DNA from: Planctopirus limnophila DSM 3776
GTDB taxonomy: Bacteria > Planctomycetota > Planctomycetia > Planctomycetales > Planctomycetaceae
Length of the DNA: 32,000 nucleotides
Reading direction: 5' to 3'
Assembly (NCBI RefSeq): GCF_000092105.1
Contig: NC_014148.1
Span: 1,260,001 to 1,292,000 of the forward strand
Positions 29,580 through 32,000 of this stretch are shown piece after piece. The notes under the pieces were generated by a model that was given only the letters and a program-made list of their open reading frames with translations, was not told where the DNA came from and did not search any database. Position numbers and translations under genes: made by a program. Every line of letters begins with the position of its first letter. Within the stretch, counting starts at the first letter, position 1.

Positions 29580-31904
29580 CTAGTTGAGGAACGAGCTGTC
29601 GGCTCGTCGTGGCGCTTTTGCTCCTCGGCCGATGTGCCCGATATGTGGTGCCGGTGCCGGGAGGCGATGAATCTGCGGCTCGATCTCATCGTGTGCCAAG
29701 TCGCCAGGCGTCGCAGAGCTTTCTGCTGACTCTTCTGACGCTGCAGAAGTGTTCGTTGCCTTGCGTTTTTCTGGCAGACAACAGAGAAGTGCCGGGAGAA
29801 AGACCAGTTCCCCCAGAATCGAAGCAATCATCTGGGCCGACATGAGACAGCCAAACCGAGCCGTCGGAGCAAAGCTGCTGAGGCAGAGTGCCAGCATCCC
29901 TGTGCTCGAAATCAAAGTCGAATCGAGCATTGGTTCGCCCGAATGCTGCAGTGCAATACGTACTGCTTCAGATGGAGTGGCACCCAGTTTGACAGCCTGA
30001 TTGTACTGCACCATAAAGTGGAACGTGCAATCGACCGAAATACCCAGGGCAATACTCCCCGTCATCATCATGCCAATATCGACCGGCATCCCGAAAAAGC
30101 CCACCGAGCCGAAGACCAGCCAAATGGGGACAATATTCGGCACCATCGCAATCAAGGTACCCACGAACGATCTCAGCGAGATCAGGAAGACCAGGCTGAT
30201 GGTCAGAACTGCCGCAGTAAAGCTCTCCCAGAAACCACTGAAAATCTCCTTCTGGGCACTATCTAATAGAGGAGTCATCCCCGTGAAATGCACAGGAAAG
30301 CCGGCAGTTTTTTGTTGAATACTATGCAGCACACGATCGGCACCACCGCCGACAATCGCGTTGTCTTCCACTCGTATCGAAACTCGCCACAACTGCTGAT
30401 CGGCAGCGATCAGACCATCTTCACCCTGATAGCTGCGTGCAGTGGAAAACATCCGGGCAGTCGCGAGAGCCCCATCCGGAAGTTCATTGGGGAAGAATGT
30501 CGCCAGACTCAACACATGCCGCACGCCCGGCTGTTGCCGCAGGACGGCTTCCAACTCTCTGACAATCTGCAGTTGATCGACAAAGGTGAGATTCTTCCCG
30601 GTGAAATCGACCACCCCTTCAATCGAATCGACATTAGTCAGCTTCTTTTCAACCCGTCCGAGATCGACCAGCACCTGGCTGTCTCGGGGCAGAAAGTCCA
30701 CCGGATCCACATCGGGCCGCAGACGAACAATCCCGACCATGGCGACACACAGCATCACAGTAGCCACAGCCAGAATGCCATGACGATGTCGATTGACGAA
30801 GTGTCCCCACCAGTCGAAATCAACGTGATGGATGCGGAAGGACTTCACAGCACAATCTGGCCAGACCATCAAGAGAGCCGGTGTCAGGCCCAGGCCGACA
30901 ACCATCGCGACCACAGCACCAGTCGCTGCGGCATAGCCGAATTGCGCCACAGGCAGAATACTGCTGACATTCAGCGAAACCAGGCCCAGCAATGTTGTCA
31001 GAGTCGAGAGAAAACAAGGGTTAAACGAGGCCTTAAAGGCATGGTCGAGTGGCTTAGCCTCACCCGAGGCAACCGCATCGCTATAGTAGCTCACGAAGTG
31101 CACTGCGATCGAGAGCGTAAAGATCATCACGAGGACGGAGAGTGAACCGAGAATAAAGTTCATCTCGCCGCCACACCAGGCGATGATCGACTGAGTCAGG
31201 AAAATCCCCCATAAGGTCACACCGAGAATTCCCAGAGACAAATTCCAATGCCTCAGCGAGAAGTAAAGTAACCCCAGGCAGATCGCTAACGTAATCGCAA
31301 AGAACTTACGGCCAGATTTCGCATTACCGAGTGTATCCAGCTCGGTCACAATGACAGGGGCCCCCGTGAGTGCCACATGCGCCGAATTGAGCTGACAATA
31401 CTTAAGAACTTCGCGAACCTGAGCCACTGTGCCCGCGCGGTCTTTTGTCCCGGCTTCCGAAAGGACCGCCGAGAGCCCGACCATATCTTTATCAGGGTTG
31501 GTCAATAAGCCTTCGAGCCGGGCATGAGCTTCTTCGGGAGAGACGCCTAAGGCCTCCATGCGATAAGCCAGTCGTCCCGGCGTCCAGCAGGAGCGAATGC
31601 CTGGCAAACGCTCTAATCGACCCGCAAGTGCTTCAATCGCGTCGTTCGAAAGTTCTTTGGCGCTGGCACCGATCAGAATGACTTCTTCAGCACCAAAGTC
31701 GAGCTTGAACTGTTCGTAGATCTGGCGGACACCGGTATCCCGGGGCATCCAGGTTTCGATATCGTTATTCGACTTGATCGACTCGGCCTGATACCAGAAC
31801 AGGGGCAATGTGAGCGCAACGAACCACAACATGTGTTTGTAGTAGCGAGCATACAGGGTCGAAATCATGGGCCAGCCATTCCCTGCGAAAAGCAGTTGTG
31901 GCAT
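29580..31904 (-). CDS. RND-superfamily / MMPL-type exporter (12-TM, two periplasmic loops)
   Basis: About 775 aa with a duplicated TM1-large loop-TM2-6 architecture. Typical MMPL/SSD-like segments are present (FFAITLAICLGLLYFSLRHW.., GSIALGISVDCTFHFMVQY). Start candidates are GTG 31907, ATG 31904 and ATG 31868. Confidence 0.9.
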   Translation of the reverse strand: MPQLLFAGNGWPMISTLYARYYKHMLWFVALTLPLFWYQAESIKSNNDIETWMPRDTGVRQIYEQFKLDFGAEEVILIGASAKELSNDAIEALAGRLERLPGIRSCWTPGRLAYRMEALGVSPEEAHARLEGLLTNPDKDMVGLSAVLSEAGTKDRAGTVAQVREVLKYCQLNSAHVALTGAPVIVTELDTLGNAKSGRKFFAITLAICLGLLYFSLRHWNLSLGILGVTLWGIFLTQSIIAWCGGEMNFILGSLSVLVMIFTLSIAVHFVSYYSDAVASGEAKPLDHAFKASFNPCFLSTLTTLLGLVSLNVSSILPVAQFGYAAATGAVVAMVVGLGLTPALLMVWPDCAVKSFRIHHVDFDWWGHFVNRHRHGILAVATVMLCVAMVGIVRLRPDVDPVDFLPRDSQVLVDLGRVEKKLTNVDSIEGVVDFTGKNLTFVDQLQIVRELEAVLRQQPGVRHVLSLATFFPNELPDGALATARMFSTARSYQGEDGLIAADQQLWRVSIRVEDNAIVGGGADRVLHSIQQKTAGFPVHFTGMTPLLDSAQKEIFSGFWESFTAAVLTISLVFLISLRSFVGTLIAMVPNIVPIWLVFGSVGFFGMPVDIGMMMTGSIALGISVDCTFHFMVQYNQAVKLGATPSEAVRIALQHSGEPMLDSTLISSTGMLALCLSSFAPTARFGCLMSAQMIASILGELVFLPALLCCLPEKRKATNTSAASEESAESSATPGDLAHDEIEPQIHRLPAPAPHIGHIGRGAKAPRRADSSFLN

Positions 31905-32000
31905 CACACAGGGTTGCTGCCACCGCTCGTCTCGTGAACATCACATGATTGAAAGTCGTCGCAAGGCATCAGGTGGGTGTGACTGATTGAAACATGATGC

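Overview
The window looks like a chromosomal segment from a Planctomycetota-type genome. This is an inference from a prepilin-leader DUF1559 protein, several non-catalytic FGE/SUMF1-like proteins, a sensor-less BlaR1/BlaI pair, and G+C near 60% in core genes. Gene orientation switches once: every convincing gene from 1-12900 is on the + strand and every one from 13204-31907 is on the - strand.

The window has four parts:
(1) 25-11525 holds a class II cytochrome c-like gene followed by a tight six-gene + strand cluster. Its products are a TPR protein, a 942-aa all-helical exported protein, a secreted vWA-like protein, a MacB/LolD-type ABC ATPase, an FtsX-type permease with a very large periplasmic domain, and a degenerate FGE-like protein. 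No characterised pathway matches this combination.
(2) About 11.6-17.7 kb is a compositionally mosaic, lower-GC accessory island. It carries an FGE paralogue, three orphan proteins, a tiny membrane ORF and a DUF2971 gene. Its genes are separated by copies of a roughly 200-bp composite intergenic repeat carrying perfect hairpins.
(3) 17.7-21.3 kb holds housekeeping-like exported enzymes: an S1 protease, an alpha/beta-hydrolase-fold protein and a lipoprotein isoaspartyl peptidase/asparaginase. It is followed by a low-GC two-gene module (21.4-23.2 kb) bracketed by a 43-nt direct repeat.
(4) 23.2-31.9 kb is a co-directional envelope cluster: ICMT-like methyltransferase, BlaR1-like M56 peptidase, BlaI repressor, DUF1559 pseudopilin-like protein, an unusual double-DUF1559 secreted protein and an MMPL/RND exporter. 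A shared 19-nt dyad lies upstream of two of these genes.

No rRNA, tRNA, CRISPR array, transposase or integrase was recognised. All domain calls come from motif reading by eye, not database searches.
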